Of a stretch of DNA of 32,000 bases, positions 9,591 to 20,511 are shown in pieces. The position numbers were made by a program, and so were the translations under genes. Positions within the stretch are counted from its first letter, which is position 1. Every line of letters begins with the position of its first letter. This stretch comes from Mycobacterium tuberculosis H37Rv (GTDB lineage: Bacteria; Actinomycetota; Actinomycetes; Mycobacteriales; Mycobacteriaceae), in the NCBI RefSeq assembly GCF_000195955.2, contig NC_000962.3, positions 4,140,001 to 4,172,000 on the forward strand, read 5' to 3'. Below the pieces are notes generated by a model that saw nothing but the letters and a program-made list of their open reading frames with translations, searched no databases and was not told the origin of the DNA.

Positions 9591-9911
9591 TTACGGAGCG
9601 GGTGTCGCGGGAGGACTGACGGACGACGGCACCTGGCCGGGCCCGCCCGGGCCTGGGCCGGGACGCACTGCCGCGGGCCCACCGTGCGGACTGCCCGGTC
9701 GCAGCATCATCGCCGGGTGCTGGTGGTGTTGCCGGTGGTGGAAGCCGCCGTGACCGGCATGCTTGCCGAGGATATAGCCGGTGAAGAAGATGACCGCCAC
9801 GATGAACACGGTTCCGGCGGCAATGGCTACCCACGCCGCGGCTTTGAACACCTTGGGGGTCTGGTGAGGCGGTGGTGTTGGGGTTTCAGATGTTTCACTC
9901 ATGTGTCGCAT
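9591..9911 (-). CDS. Proline/histidine-rich single-pass membrane protein (Rv3706c-like, 106 aa)
   Basis: The ORF track gives MRHMSETSETPTPPPHQTPKVFKAAAWVAIAAGTVFIVAVIFFTGYILGKHAGHGGFHHRQHHQHPAMM..., followed by a Pro/Gly tail. Confidence 0.8.
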   Translation of the reverse strand: MRHMSETSETPTPPPHQTPKVFKAAAWVAIAAGTVFIVAVIFFTGYILGKHAGHGGFHHRQHHQHPAMMLRPGSPHGGPAAVRPGPGPGGPGQVPSSVSPPATPAP

Positions 9912-10029
9912 GATGCCTTGGCAAACAGTAACGCGACTATGCGTCCCTTATGTAGCAGCTGTGAGCGCGCGGGCTGGGTATCGGCCCGGGACACCACCAT
10001 GGCTGCGTCTCGGTGTCAGAGCACCAGAG

Positions 10030-11178
10030 CTACGGGTCTGACCAGGGCTTGAACGGGTTGACCGCGAACTGAATCACCCGGTACGGCCCATTCTGCCGGG
10101 CCCGAGTGTCCCACTGGCTGACGAAGATCCGCAGTTCGTCGATGGTGGACCCGGGCGAGATGTAGCCGCCATACGGTTGTGCGAGTCGATTGTCGTAGGG
10201 CGGTGGCAGGCTTTCCGCCGGCTCCGGCCACTCGTCGTGGCGCACCACCGTGGTCACCGGGGCGGCGCCCAGCGACGTCGGGTGGTGTGCCACCCGAACC
10301 TCCATGTTGCCGGTGCTGGCGTTGAAATACGACAGCACCGTCTGGCCGTCGATCTGACGGATGCTCATCTCGCCGAGCTGGTCGGGCCAGAGCGGAGTCG
10401 GCGGCTTGTTCCAACCGCCGTCGGGGCCGCCCGCCCAGCCCTGCCAGCGGGACCGGTCGGTGAACGATTCCGGGGTGGCCCGATACAGCACCGCCGGCTC
10501 CCCACGGGTGAAGCTGTCGGCCACGATGTAGACCCACCCAGTTGGCGAATCGGGCGTGGGAACCGGGTCGTAGTATCCGCTGATCTGTGTCTGCCGGCCG
10601 TCCTGGTAGGCGGCGTTGCGCCTGGACCCCGACACGGTCTGCCAGCCGCCGCGCGCCGCCTCGGCCCGCACCAGGCGGGAATTCTGCGGCTGCAGGTCCT
10701 TGGTGGTGGTCACCATCAGGTAGTTGCGGCGGTTGATCTGCACCACACCGGCGGGCAGCTGTGAGTCTCCAGGCGGCGTGGGATCGGCCAGCAGCGGCGT
10801 GCCGACGCCGGTGACACCGGTGTAGCGCACCCCGGCCGGATCGTCGATCGACTCGGTGTCGACGTGCAGCGCGACCGGCGCATACCAGCCACCGAACCCG
10901 ACACCCTGACCGGCGAAGCTGTCCCCGCACACCTGCAGCAGTTGACTGGGGAATTCCACGAACTCGCACAGGTCGGTGGCACCGATGCCGTAGTCCCCGG
11001 TGGGGGTTCCGGTACCGGCCGTCGGACCGATTCGCAGCACTTGACCGGGCGCCAGCGGCGGCAGGATGGGCCGGGGCGCCGGCGCCGGCGGATCGGCGCG
11101 TGCATACCAAACACATTGCGGGACAAGGAAAGACACTACCAGCGAGCACCGCACGACCCAGGCGGAGCACACCCGCAT
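10030..11178 (-). CDS. Secreted DUF4185-like protein (Rv3707c-like); possible glycoside hydrolase (endo-D-arabinanase family by recollection)
   Basis: The ORF track gives 382 aa. The ATG at 11178..11176 lies 1 nt from the asd stop (11182..11180) and yields a signal-like N-terminus, MRVCSAWVVRCSLVVSFLVPQCVWYARA/DPP. A shorter alternative starts at V47 (VLRIGPTAG). The sequence is Trp/Tyr/Gly-rich and looks like a beta-propeller. Confidence 0.8.
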   Translation of the reverse strand: MRVCSAWVVRCSLVVSFLVPQCVWYARADPPAPAPRPILPPLAPGQVLRIGPTAGTGTPTGDYGIGATDLCEFVEFPSQLLQVCGDSFAGQGVGFGGWYAPVALHVDTESIDDPAGVRYTGVTGVGTPLLADPTPPGDSQLPAGVVQINRRNYLMVTTTKDLQPQNSRLVRAEAARGGWQTVSGSRRNAAYQDGRQTQISGYYDPVPTPDSPTGWVYIVADSFTRGEPAVLYRATPESFTDRSRWQGWAGGPDGGWNKPPTPLWPDQLGEMSIRQIDGQTVLSYFNASTGNMEVRVAHHPTSLGAAPVTTVVRHDEWPEPAESLPPPYDNRLAQPYGGYISPGSTIDELRIFVSQWDTRARQNGPYRVIQFAVNPFKPWSDP

Positions 11179-11179
11179 A

Positions 11180-12217
<1,038 letters not shown>

Positions 12218-12736
12218 CTACCGTCCCGTCCCCGCGTACACCGTGGCCTCCTCGTCGCCGCCGAGCCCGAACGCTTCATGCAGCGCGACCACGGCCTTGT
12301 CCAGTTCGGTGTCGCGGCACAACACCGAGATCCTGATCTCCGAGGTGGAGATCAGCTCGATGTTGACCCCCACCGCCGCCAGCGCCTCACAGAACGTCGC
12401 GGTGACCCCGGGGTGGCTGCGCATGCCGGCACCGATCAGCGATACCTTGCCGATGTGGTCGTCGTACAGCAGCTGTGAGAAGCCGATCTCGTTTCTGAGC
12501 GAGTCCAGTTTTTCCACGGCGGCGGGCCCGACGTCGCGGGAGCAGGTGAAGGTGATGTCGGTCTTGCCGTCCTCGACCTTGGAGACGTTCTGCAGCACCA
12601 TGTCGATGTTGACGTCGGCGTCGGCCACCGCCCTAAACACCTTGGCCGCATACCCGGGGATGTCGGGCAGCCCGACGATGGTCACCTTGGCCTCGCTGCG
12701 GTCGTGCGCGACTCCGGTCAGGATGGGGTCTTCCAT
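12218..12736 (-). CDS. ask: Probable nested in-frame aspartokinase beta subunit (ACT domains only, 172 aa)
   Basis: An internal ATG at 12736..12734 ([22 protein letters not shown]) is preceded by AAGGA about 8 nt upstream. This is the position where Corynebacterium/Mycobacterium lysC/ask genes start their beta subunit. Confidence 0.55.
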   Translation of the reverse strand: MEDPILTGVAHDRSEAKVTIVGLPDIPGYAAKVFRAVADADVNIDMVLQNVSKVEDGKTDITFTCSRDVGPAAVEKLDSLRNEIGFSQLLYDDHIGKVSLIGAGMRSHPGVTATFCEALAAVGVNIELISTSEIRISVLCRDTELDKAVVALHEAFGLGGDEEATVYAGTGR

Positions 12737-13483
12737 GGGTACGTCCTTGATCGATCCGACAACGACGGTGCCCGGTCTGTCCGAGTACGACGACCGGACG
12801 TGCACCGGAATATTATGGCGGCGAGCGTATTCCACGCAGCGCAGCATCAGCACCTTGGCGCCGCAGGCCGCCATCTCGAGCATTTCCTCGAAGGTCACGG
12901 TGTCGAGCTTTCGGGCGTTGCGCACGATGCGCGGGTCGGCGCTGAAGATGCCGTCCACGTCGGTGTAGATCTCACAGACATCGGCACCCAGCGCGGCGGC
13001 CATGGCGACGGCGGTGGTGTCCGAGCCGCCGCGGCCCAACGTCGTGACATCCTTGGTGTCCTGGCTGACCCCTTGGAATCCGGCCACCAAAACGACCCGC
13101 CCCTCCTCAAGGGCGGTTTGCAGCCGCCCCGGCGTGACGTCGATGATCTTGGCGTTGCCGTGGGTGCCGGTGGTGATCACCCCGGCCTGCGAACCGGTGA
13201 ACGACCGGGCATGCGCGCCGAGCGACTCGATGGCCATGGCCACCAACGCATTCGAGATGCGTTCACCGGCGGTAAGCAGCATGTCCAGCTCCCGAGGCGG
13301 CGGCGCCGGGCACACCTGCTGAGCCAGATCCAGCAGGTCGTCGGTGGTATCCCCCATGGCAGAGACGACGACGACGACGTCATTGCCTTGCTTCTTGGTG
13401 GCGACGATGCGTTCGGCGACGCGGCGAATCCGTTCGGCGTCGGCCACCGAGGATCCGCCGTACTTCTGCACGACGAGCGCCAC
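12218..13483 (-). CDS. ask: Aspartokinase (alpha subunit reading frame)
   Basis: A GTG start at 13483 gives [13 protein letters not shown]..., the KYGGSS kinase motif. Two C-terminal ACT regions are present. The 34-codon upstream extension in the ORF track is not protein-like. Confidence 0.95.
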   Translation of the reverse strand: MALVVQKYGGSSVADAERIRRVAERIVATKKQGNDVVVVVSAMGDTTDDLLDLAQQVCPAPPPRELDMLLTAGERISNALVAMAIESLGAHARSFTGSQAGVITTGTHGNAKIIDVTPGRLQTALEEGRVVLVAGFQGVSQDTKDVTTLGRGGSDTTAVAMAAALGADVCEIYTDVDGIFSADPRIVRNARKLDTVTFEEMLEMAACGAKVLMLRCVEYARRHNIPVHVRSSYSDRPGTVVVGSIKDVPMEDPILTGVAHDRSEAKVTIVGLPDIPGYAAKVFRAVADADVNIDMVLQNVSKVEDGKTDITFTCSRDVGPAAVEKLDSLRNEIGFSQLLYDDHIGKVSLIGAGMRSHPGVTATFCEALAAVGVNIELISTSEIRISVLCRDTELDKAVVALHEAFGLGGDEEATVYAGTGR

Positions 13484-13544
13484 TGTTTCCCTTTCCGGGG
13501 AAGATTGGAGACAGGTCCAGAATAGGGGGCGCGCCGGCCTGCGC

Positions 13545-13601
13545 TGACTCTGCGTCCACCACGGGAATGTGCGAGTAGCCCACACGGTGGACGCAGAGTC
13601 A
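13545..13601. promoter_or_regulatory. 16-bp perfect inverted repeat (strong hairpin) in the ask-leuA divergent intergenic region
   Basis: TGACTCTGCGTCCACC (13545..13560) and GGTGGACGCAGAGTCA (13586..13601) are exact reverse complements separated by a 25-nt spacer. The repeat lies 62 to 118 nt upstream of the ask GTG and 139 to 195 nt upstream of the leuA GTG. Confidence 0.4.
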
Positions 13602-13661
13602 ACGTGTAAAGTGCTTCATGTGCAGCGGGTGCTCCTCCTCGGACGCCGCGACGGGGTCTGA

Positions 13662-15674
<2,013 letters not shown>

Positions 15675-15739
15675 GACGGCGCTGAACTAGGGTCGGGGTC
15701 CGCGGCATGATTTTTCGCAGTGACGTTCCGCTCGCCGTT

Positions 15740-16729
15740 TCAGAACAACGCTAACTGCTTTTCGACGGGAGCGACGTCGGTGAAGTCCTCCACGCTGGCG
15801 CCCCCGACGACGGCACCGATGCACTCCATGAATCGCGCTTCAGGCATCACCGGAACCCCCAGCTGCAGGGCGTGATAGCCCTTGCCGTGTTCGGGGGCGG
15901 TCGCGTTGCAGACCACCAGTGAGGTATCCCGGTCTACGACGTCGCTGTAGGCCAGCCCGGCGTGCAGAATCCGTTCGACGAGTTCCTCGTGGGTCCGTTT
16001 TACCTCGGCCGCCAGCCCCACCCGCATGCCCTGGACCAGCGGGCGGCCCTGGACATACCGGCCCGGGTTGAGGTAGGGGCAGGCCATCCGGGCTGCCACG
16101 GCCTTCAGCGGTCGCAGCTCGTCGTGAGTCACCCGGCCGTTGGGCCACCGGCGCCGTGTCACCGGGTGCACCGGCAGCCAGACGTCGAGTTCGCGCGCAC
16201 TCTCTAGGGCAGCTGCCAGTATCCCGGTCAATACCCGGACGTCGTCGAATGCATCGTGCGGCCGTTGCTGGGGCACACCCCAATGCGCGGCAAGTGTCTC
16301 CAGCCGCAGATTGTCGACGCCAAGCTGCAGCCGGCGGGCCAGCTCGACCGTGCACATGACGAAGTCAACCGGGAGTTCGGCCTCGGCGATCTCGGCCTCC
16401 GCAGCGAGAAACGCATAGTCGAACGCGACATTGTGCGCGACCAGAGTGCGCCCGCGCAGCACGTCGACAACCTCACCGGCGATATCGGCGAACTGTGGCT
16501 GGCCATCGAGCATGGCGGCGGTCAGGCCGTGCACGTGGGTGGGGCCCGGGTCCACCTTGGGATTTAGCAGGCTGACCACGGATTGCTCTAGTCGGCCGGC
16601 GGCGTCCAGGCCGAGCACCGCAAGGCTGATGATCCGGGCCTGGCCCGGCCGAAAGCCCGAGGTCTCGACGTCGATGACGGCCCAACCCCGATCCTGGTGG
16701 CTGGCTGGCCGTCCCCAGGTGTGGCTCAC
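15740..16729 (-). CDS. dnaQ: DnaQ-like 3'-5' exonuclease (DEDDh) with a C-terminal BRCT-like domain
   Basis: 329 aa with a GTG start. Exo motifs VIDVETSGF, AHNVAFDYAFL and HDAFDDV are present. The C-terminal LVVCNATAPEHGKGYHALQLGVPVM region looks BRCT-like. Confidence 0.9.
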   Translation of the reverse strand: MSHTWGRPASHQDRGWAVIDVETSGFRPGQARIISLAVLGLDAAGRLEQSVVSLLNPKVDPGPTHVHGLTAAMLDGQPQFADIAGEVVDVLRGRTLVAHNVAFDYAFLAAEAEIAEAELPVDFVMCTVELARRLQLGVDNLRLETLAAHWGVPQQRPHDAFDDVRVLTGILAAALESARELDVWLPVHPVTRRRWPNGRVTHDELRPLKAVAARMACPYLNPGRYVQGRPLVQGMRVGLAAEVKRTHEELVERILHAGLAYSDVVDRDTSLVVCNATAPEHGKGYHALQLGVPVMPEARFMECIGAVVGGASVEDFTDVAPVEKQLALF

Positions 16730-16782
16730 AAGACGAGGATGACACGTCCGAGCGACATCACCTGGTCGCTACGCATCGTGTC

Positions 16783-16979
16783 GGCCCGTAAAACCCGGAC
16801 GCGGGCGACCCGCCGCACCCGGCGACAAGCGCCGAGCTTGCGATCGCCCTGAATCCAACGCGGGCGACCCGCCGCACCCGGCGACAAGCGCCGAGCTTGC
16901 GATCGCCCTGAATCCAACGCGGGCGACCCGCCGCACCCGGCGACAAGCGCCGAGCTTGCGATCGCCCGTAAACTGCCCG
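16783..16979. repeat. 59-bp MIRU-like tandem repeat (about 3.3 copies) between dnaQ and murT
   Basis: The unit GCGGGCGACCCGCCGCACCCGGCGACAAGCGCCGAGCTTGCGATCGCCCTGAATCCAAC occurs at 16801..16859 and identically at 16860..16918. A third copy (16919..16966) is truncated and ends in CCCGTAAA, as does the left flank (16785..16792). This resembles the 59-bp VNTR typing locus I recall in this region. Confidence 0.9.
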
Positions 16980-16980
16980 G

Positions 16981-18222
16981 GTGGTAACCACCCGGGCACG
17001 CCTGGCCCTAGCCGCCGGCGCGGGCGCACGCTGGGCGTCGCGGGTCACCGGTCGCGGCGCCGGAGCGATGATCGGCGGTCTGGTCGCCATGACCCTGGAC
17101 CGCTCGATCCTGCGCCAACTCGGGATGGGCCGGCGCACCGTCGTCGTCACCGGCACCAACGGCAAGTCGACCACCACACGGATGACCGCGGCCGCGCTGG
17201 GCACGTTGGGAGCCGTGGCCACCAACGCCGAGGGCGCCAACATGGACGCCGGCCTGGTGGCCGCGCTCGCCGCTCACCGCGACGCCGAGCTGGCGGTGCT
17301 GGAAGTCGACGAGATGCACGTACCGCACATCTCCGATGCCGTCGATCCCGCCGTCGTCGTCTTGCTCAACCTCTCCCGAGACCAGCTGGACCGGGTCGGC
17401 GAGATCAACGTCATCGAACGCACACTGCGGGCCGGGCTGGCCCGGCACCCCGACGCTGTCGTGGTCGCCAACTGCGACGACGTGCTGATGACCTCGGCCG
17501 CCTACGACAGCCCCAACGTCGTTTGGGTGGCTGCCGGCGGCGCGTGGTCAAACGATTCGGTCAGCTGCCCGCGCAGCGGCGAGGTCATCGTTCGCAAGGC
17601 CCCCTCTCAGGAAGACCACTGGTACTCCACCGGCGCCGACTTCAAGCGGCCCGCCCCGCACTGGTGGTTCGACGACGCCACGCTGTATGGGCCCGACGGG
17701 CTGGCGCTGCCGATGCGGCTGGCACTGCCAGGCTCGGTGAATCGCGGCAACGCCGCCCAAGCCGTGGCCGCCGCAGTCGCCCTCGGCGCCGATCCGGCTG
17801 TGGCCGTCGCCGCCGTCTGCCAGGTCGACGAGGTCGCCGGACGCTACCGGACCGTTCGTATCGGCGCGCACCAAGCCCGGATCCTGCTGGCCAAAAACCC
17901 GGCCGGCTGGCAGGAAGCGCTGGCGATGGTCGACAAGCATGCAGACGGGGTGGTCATCGCGGTCAACGGGCGGGTTCCTGACGGCGAGGACCTGTCCTGG
18001 TTGTGGGACGTGCGCTTCGAGCACTTCGAGAAGACCCGAGTGGTAGCCGCTGGGGAGCGCGGCACCGATTTGGCGGTTCGCCTCGGATATGCAGGCGTCG
18101 AGCACACCCTGGTGCACGACACCGTGGCCGCCATCGCCTCATGCCCACCCGGGCGGGTGGAGGTCGTCGCCAACTACACCGCGTTCCTGCAGCTGCAACG
18201 AGCATTGGCGCGTCGTGGCTGA
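16981..18222 (+). CDS. murT: Mur-ligase-family subunit of lipid II isoglutaminyl synthase
   Basis: 413 aa with a GTG start. P-loop VVVTGTNGKSTTTRM is present and the N-terminus aligns by eye with MurT proteins. It is followed 4 nt later by a GatD-type amidotransferase. Confidence 0.9.
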   Translation: MVTTRARLALAAGAGARWASRVTGRGAGAMIGGLVAMTLDRSILRQLGMGRRTVVVTGTNGKSTTTRMTAAALGTLGAVATNAEGANMDAGLVAALAAHRDAELAVLEVDEMHVPHISDAVDPAVVVLLNLSRDQLDRVGEINVIERTLRAGLARHPDAVVVANCDDVLMTSAAYDSPNVVWVAAGGAWSNDSVSCPRSGEVIVRKAPSQEDHWYSTGADFKRPAPHWWFDDATLYGPDGLALPMRLALPGSVNRGNAAQAVAAAVALGADPAVAVAAVCQVDEVAGRYRTVRIGAHQARILLAKNPAGWQEALAMVDKHADGVVIAVNGRVPDGEDLSWLWDVRFEHFEKTRVVAAGERGTDLAVRLGYAGVEHTLVHDTVAAIASCPPGRVEVVANYTAFLQLQRALARRG

Positions 18223-18226
18223 TTCT

Positions 18227-18922
18227 GTGGTGCGGATCGGGCTCGTGCTGCCCGACGTGATGGGCACCTACGGCGACGGCGGCAACGCCGTGGTGCTACG
18301 ACAGCGGCTGCTGCTGCGCGGCATCGCCGCCGAGATCGTCGAGATCACGCTGGCCGATCCAGTGCCGGATTCGCTGGACCTCTACACGCTGGGCGGAGCG
18401 GAGGACTACGCGCAGCGGCTGGCCACCCGGCACCTACGTCGATATCCGGGCCTGCAACGCGCGGCGGGCCGGGGTGCTCCAGTATTGGCGATCTGCGCGG
18501 CCATCCAGGTGCTTGGGCACTGGTACGAGACGTCGTCGGGAGACCGGGTCGACGGCGTGGGGTTGCTGGATGTGACCACGTCACCGCAGGATGCGCGCAC
18601 CATCGGCGAGTTGGTCAGCAAGCCGTTGCTGGCCGGTTTGACCCAACCCTTGACCGGTTTTGAGAACCACCGCGGCGGCACCGTCCTCGGGCCCGGAACG
18701 TCGCCCTTGGGCGCGGTGGTCAAGGGAGCCGGCAACCGGGCCGGCGACGGTTTTGATGGCGCGGTTGCGGGCAGCGTGGTCGCGACCTACATGCACGGGC
18801 CGTGCCTGGCCCGCAACCCGGAGCTTGCCGACCTGCTGCTGAGCAAGGTGGTTGGTGAGCTGGCGCCGCTGGATTTGCCCGAGGTGGACCTGCTGCGCCG
18901 CGAACGGCTATCCGCGCGTTAG
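18227..18922 (+). CDS. gatD: Glutamine amidotransferase subunit (CobQ/CobB-type GATase) of lipid II isoglutaminyl synthase
   Basis: GTG at 18227 gives VVRIGLVLPDVMGTYGDGGN. The catalytic Cys context is PVLAICAAIQVLG and the His context is TYMHGP. The longer ORF-track start (18089) overlaps murT. Confidence 0.9.
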   Translation: MVRIGLVLPDVMGTYGDGGNAVVLRQRLLLRGIAAEIVEITLADPVPDSLDLYTLGGAEDYAQRLATRHLRRYPGLQRAAGRGAPVLAICAAIQVLGHWYETSSGDRVDGVGLLDVTTSPQDARTIGELVSKPLLAGLTQPLTGFENHRGGTVLGPGTSPLGAVVKGAGNRAGDGFDGAVAGSVVATYMHGPCLARNPELADLLLSKVVGELAPLDLPEVDLLRRERLSAR

Positions 18923-18930
18923 GTGGGGCG

Positions 18931-19821
18931 TTAGGGCCGCCATCCCCTGGCCAGCAGAGCGGCACGCACGCGGTTCACCACGTCGTCGGGGTTGTCCTCG
19001 GCGATCACGCGAATGACGATCCAGCCCAACTCGGCCAGCTTGCGGAGCCGCCGCTGGTCTTTCACGTAGCGACCGCGGTCGCTGCGATGCTGATCACCGT
19101 CGTACTCGGCGGCCACCATGTATTTCTCCCAGCCCATGTCGAGCACGCCAACGTTGCGCCAGCGGTGGACCACCGGAATTTGCGTCGTGGGGACTGGCAG
19201 GCCGGCGTCGATCAACAACAGCCGCAGCCAGGTCTCCTTGGGCGACGCGGCGCCGCCATCAACAAGGGGCAGCACGTCACGCAACCGGCGGACACCTCGG
19301 GCGCCCGCGTGACGCTTGGCCAATAGAAGCACGTCGTCGCGGGAAAACGGGGTGGCACGCATGAGGGCATCGAGACGAGCCACGGCTTCGCCGCGGGACA
19401 GATGGCGGCCGAGGTCGTATGCCGTCCGCGCCAGTGTGGTGACCGGCAGGCCCACCACCCTGGTGATCTCGTCGTCGCACAAGGTCTCACGACGTATGAC
19501 AAGACCGTGCTGCGGGCGGGTAGTGGGAGAAATCAGCTCGATGGCCACGTCGACGTCCACCCACTGAGCACCATGCAGCGCAGAGGCCGCATTACCAGCT
19601 ATGACGCCATGGCGCCTCGTGGCTAGCCAGGCGCCAACCGTGCGATCCCAAAGTGTGGGCACTGAGCGCCTCGAGACGTACACACCGCGGAACATCGGCT
19701 GATACCAACGTTGCAGCTCGTGCCTGGTCAGGCGACCAGCGGTGATGGCCTCGCTGCCGATGAAGACGTCACCCATGACGGACATGCTGGCACTCCGCAC
19801 CGACATCCGTGAGATCAACAT
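18931..19821 (-). CDS. Conserved protein with an AbiEi-like N-terminal region and a DUF559/restriction-endonuclease-like C-terminal domain (Rv3714c-like)
   Basis: The ORF track gives 18931..19956, and an internal ATG at 19821 avoids overlap with recR. The C-terminus AEYDGDQHRSDRGRYVKDQRRLRKLAELGWIVIRV matches the DUF559 pattern. The exact start is uncertain; MSVMGDVFIG is another candidate. Confidence 0.75.
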   Translation of the reverse strand: MLISRMSVRSASMSVMGDVFIGSEAITAGRLTRHELQRWYQPMFRGVYVSRRSVPTLWDRTVGAWLATRRHGVIAGNAASALHGAQWVDVDVAIELISPTTRPQHGLVIRRETLCDDEITRVVGLPVTTLARTAYDLGRHLSRGEAVARLDALMRATPFSRDDVLLLAKRHAGARGVRRLRDVLPLVDGGAASPKETWLRLLLIDAGLPVPTTQIPVVHRWRNVGVLDMGWEKYMVAAEYDGDQHRSDRGRYVKDQRRLRKLAELGWIVIRVIAEDNPDDVVNRVRAALLARGWRP

Positions 19822-19888
19822 TTTGCAGGCAAGGTGCGAGTAGCGGCCTGCAGAACGTTGATCTCGGCGAAAGTCGGATGTCGGCGAA

Positions 19889-20500
19889 TCAGGCGAGCAC
19901 GCGGCGGCCGGCGAGCGCTCGGCCCAGGGTGAGCTCGTCGGCGAATTCCAGGTCACCGCCCATCGGCAGCCCGGACGCGATCCGTGTGACGGTCAGGCCG
20001 GGGATGTCGCGCAGCATTCGCACCAGGTAGGTGGCCGTCGCCTCGCCCTCGGTGTTGGGGTCGGTGGCGATGATGACCTCGGTGACGTCGACGTCGTCGA
20101 CCCGTTCCCCGATGCGGCTCAGCAGTTCGCGGATCCGCAGCTGATCCGGCCCAATTCCGGACAGCGGGTCAAGCGCCCCGCCCAGGACGTGATAGCGACC
20201 CCGGAACTCGCGGGTGCGCTCGACGGCCTGGATGTCTTTGGGTTCCTCGACAATGCACACCACGGACGCATCGCGACGGATATCAGAGCAGATTCTGCAA
20301 CGCTCGTTGTCAGAGACATTCCCACACACCGCGCAGAATCGCACGCCGTCCCGAACCTTCGCCAGCACACCGGTCAGCCGGTCGATGTCCGACGGTTCTA
20401 CCGACAACAGGTGGAAGGCGATTCGCTGCGCACTCTTGGGTCCGATCCCCGGCAACTTGCCGAGTTCGTCAATCAGGTCCTGGACGGGTCCCTCAAACAT
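19889..20500 (-). CDS. recR: Recombination protein RecR
   Basis: 203 aa. It has an HhH N-terminus, the zinc finger CAVCGN...CRIC and a Toprim region. Confidence 0.97.
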   Translation of the reverse strand: MFEGPVQDLIDELGKLPGIGPKSAQRIAFHLLSVEPSDIDRLTGVLAKVRDGVRFCAVCGNVSDNERCRICSDIRRDASVVCIVEEPKDIQAVERTREFRGRYHVLGGALDPLSGIGPDQLRIRELLSRIGERVDDVDVTEVIIATDPNTEGEATATYLVRMLRDIPGLTVTRIASGLPMGGDLEFADELTLGRALAGRRVLA

Positions 20501-20511
20501 GTCGGTGCAGG

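Noticed and set aside
9091-9834. 247-aa long form of the Pro-rich gene, extending over the 3' half of the upstream paralogue
   Set aside because: The extension overlaps the Rv3706c-like ORF in another frame and is Arg-rich. The internal ATG at 9480 gives a product collinear with its paralogue.
10016-11170. 384-aa minus-strand ORF in an alternative frame of the DUF4185-like gene
   Set aside because: It is an Arg/Ala/Gly-rich low-complexity translation. The other frame has a signal peptide and an aromatic-rich, globular-looking sequence.
16956-17981. 341-aa plus-strand ORF starting in the repeat array and running out of frame through murT
   Set aside because: Its Arg content is extreme (RRRGR runs), and the murT frame carries the Mur-ligase P-loop.
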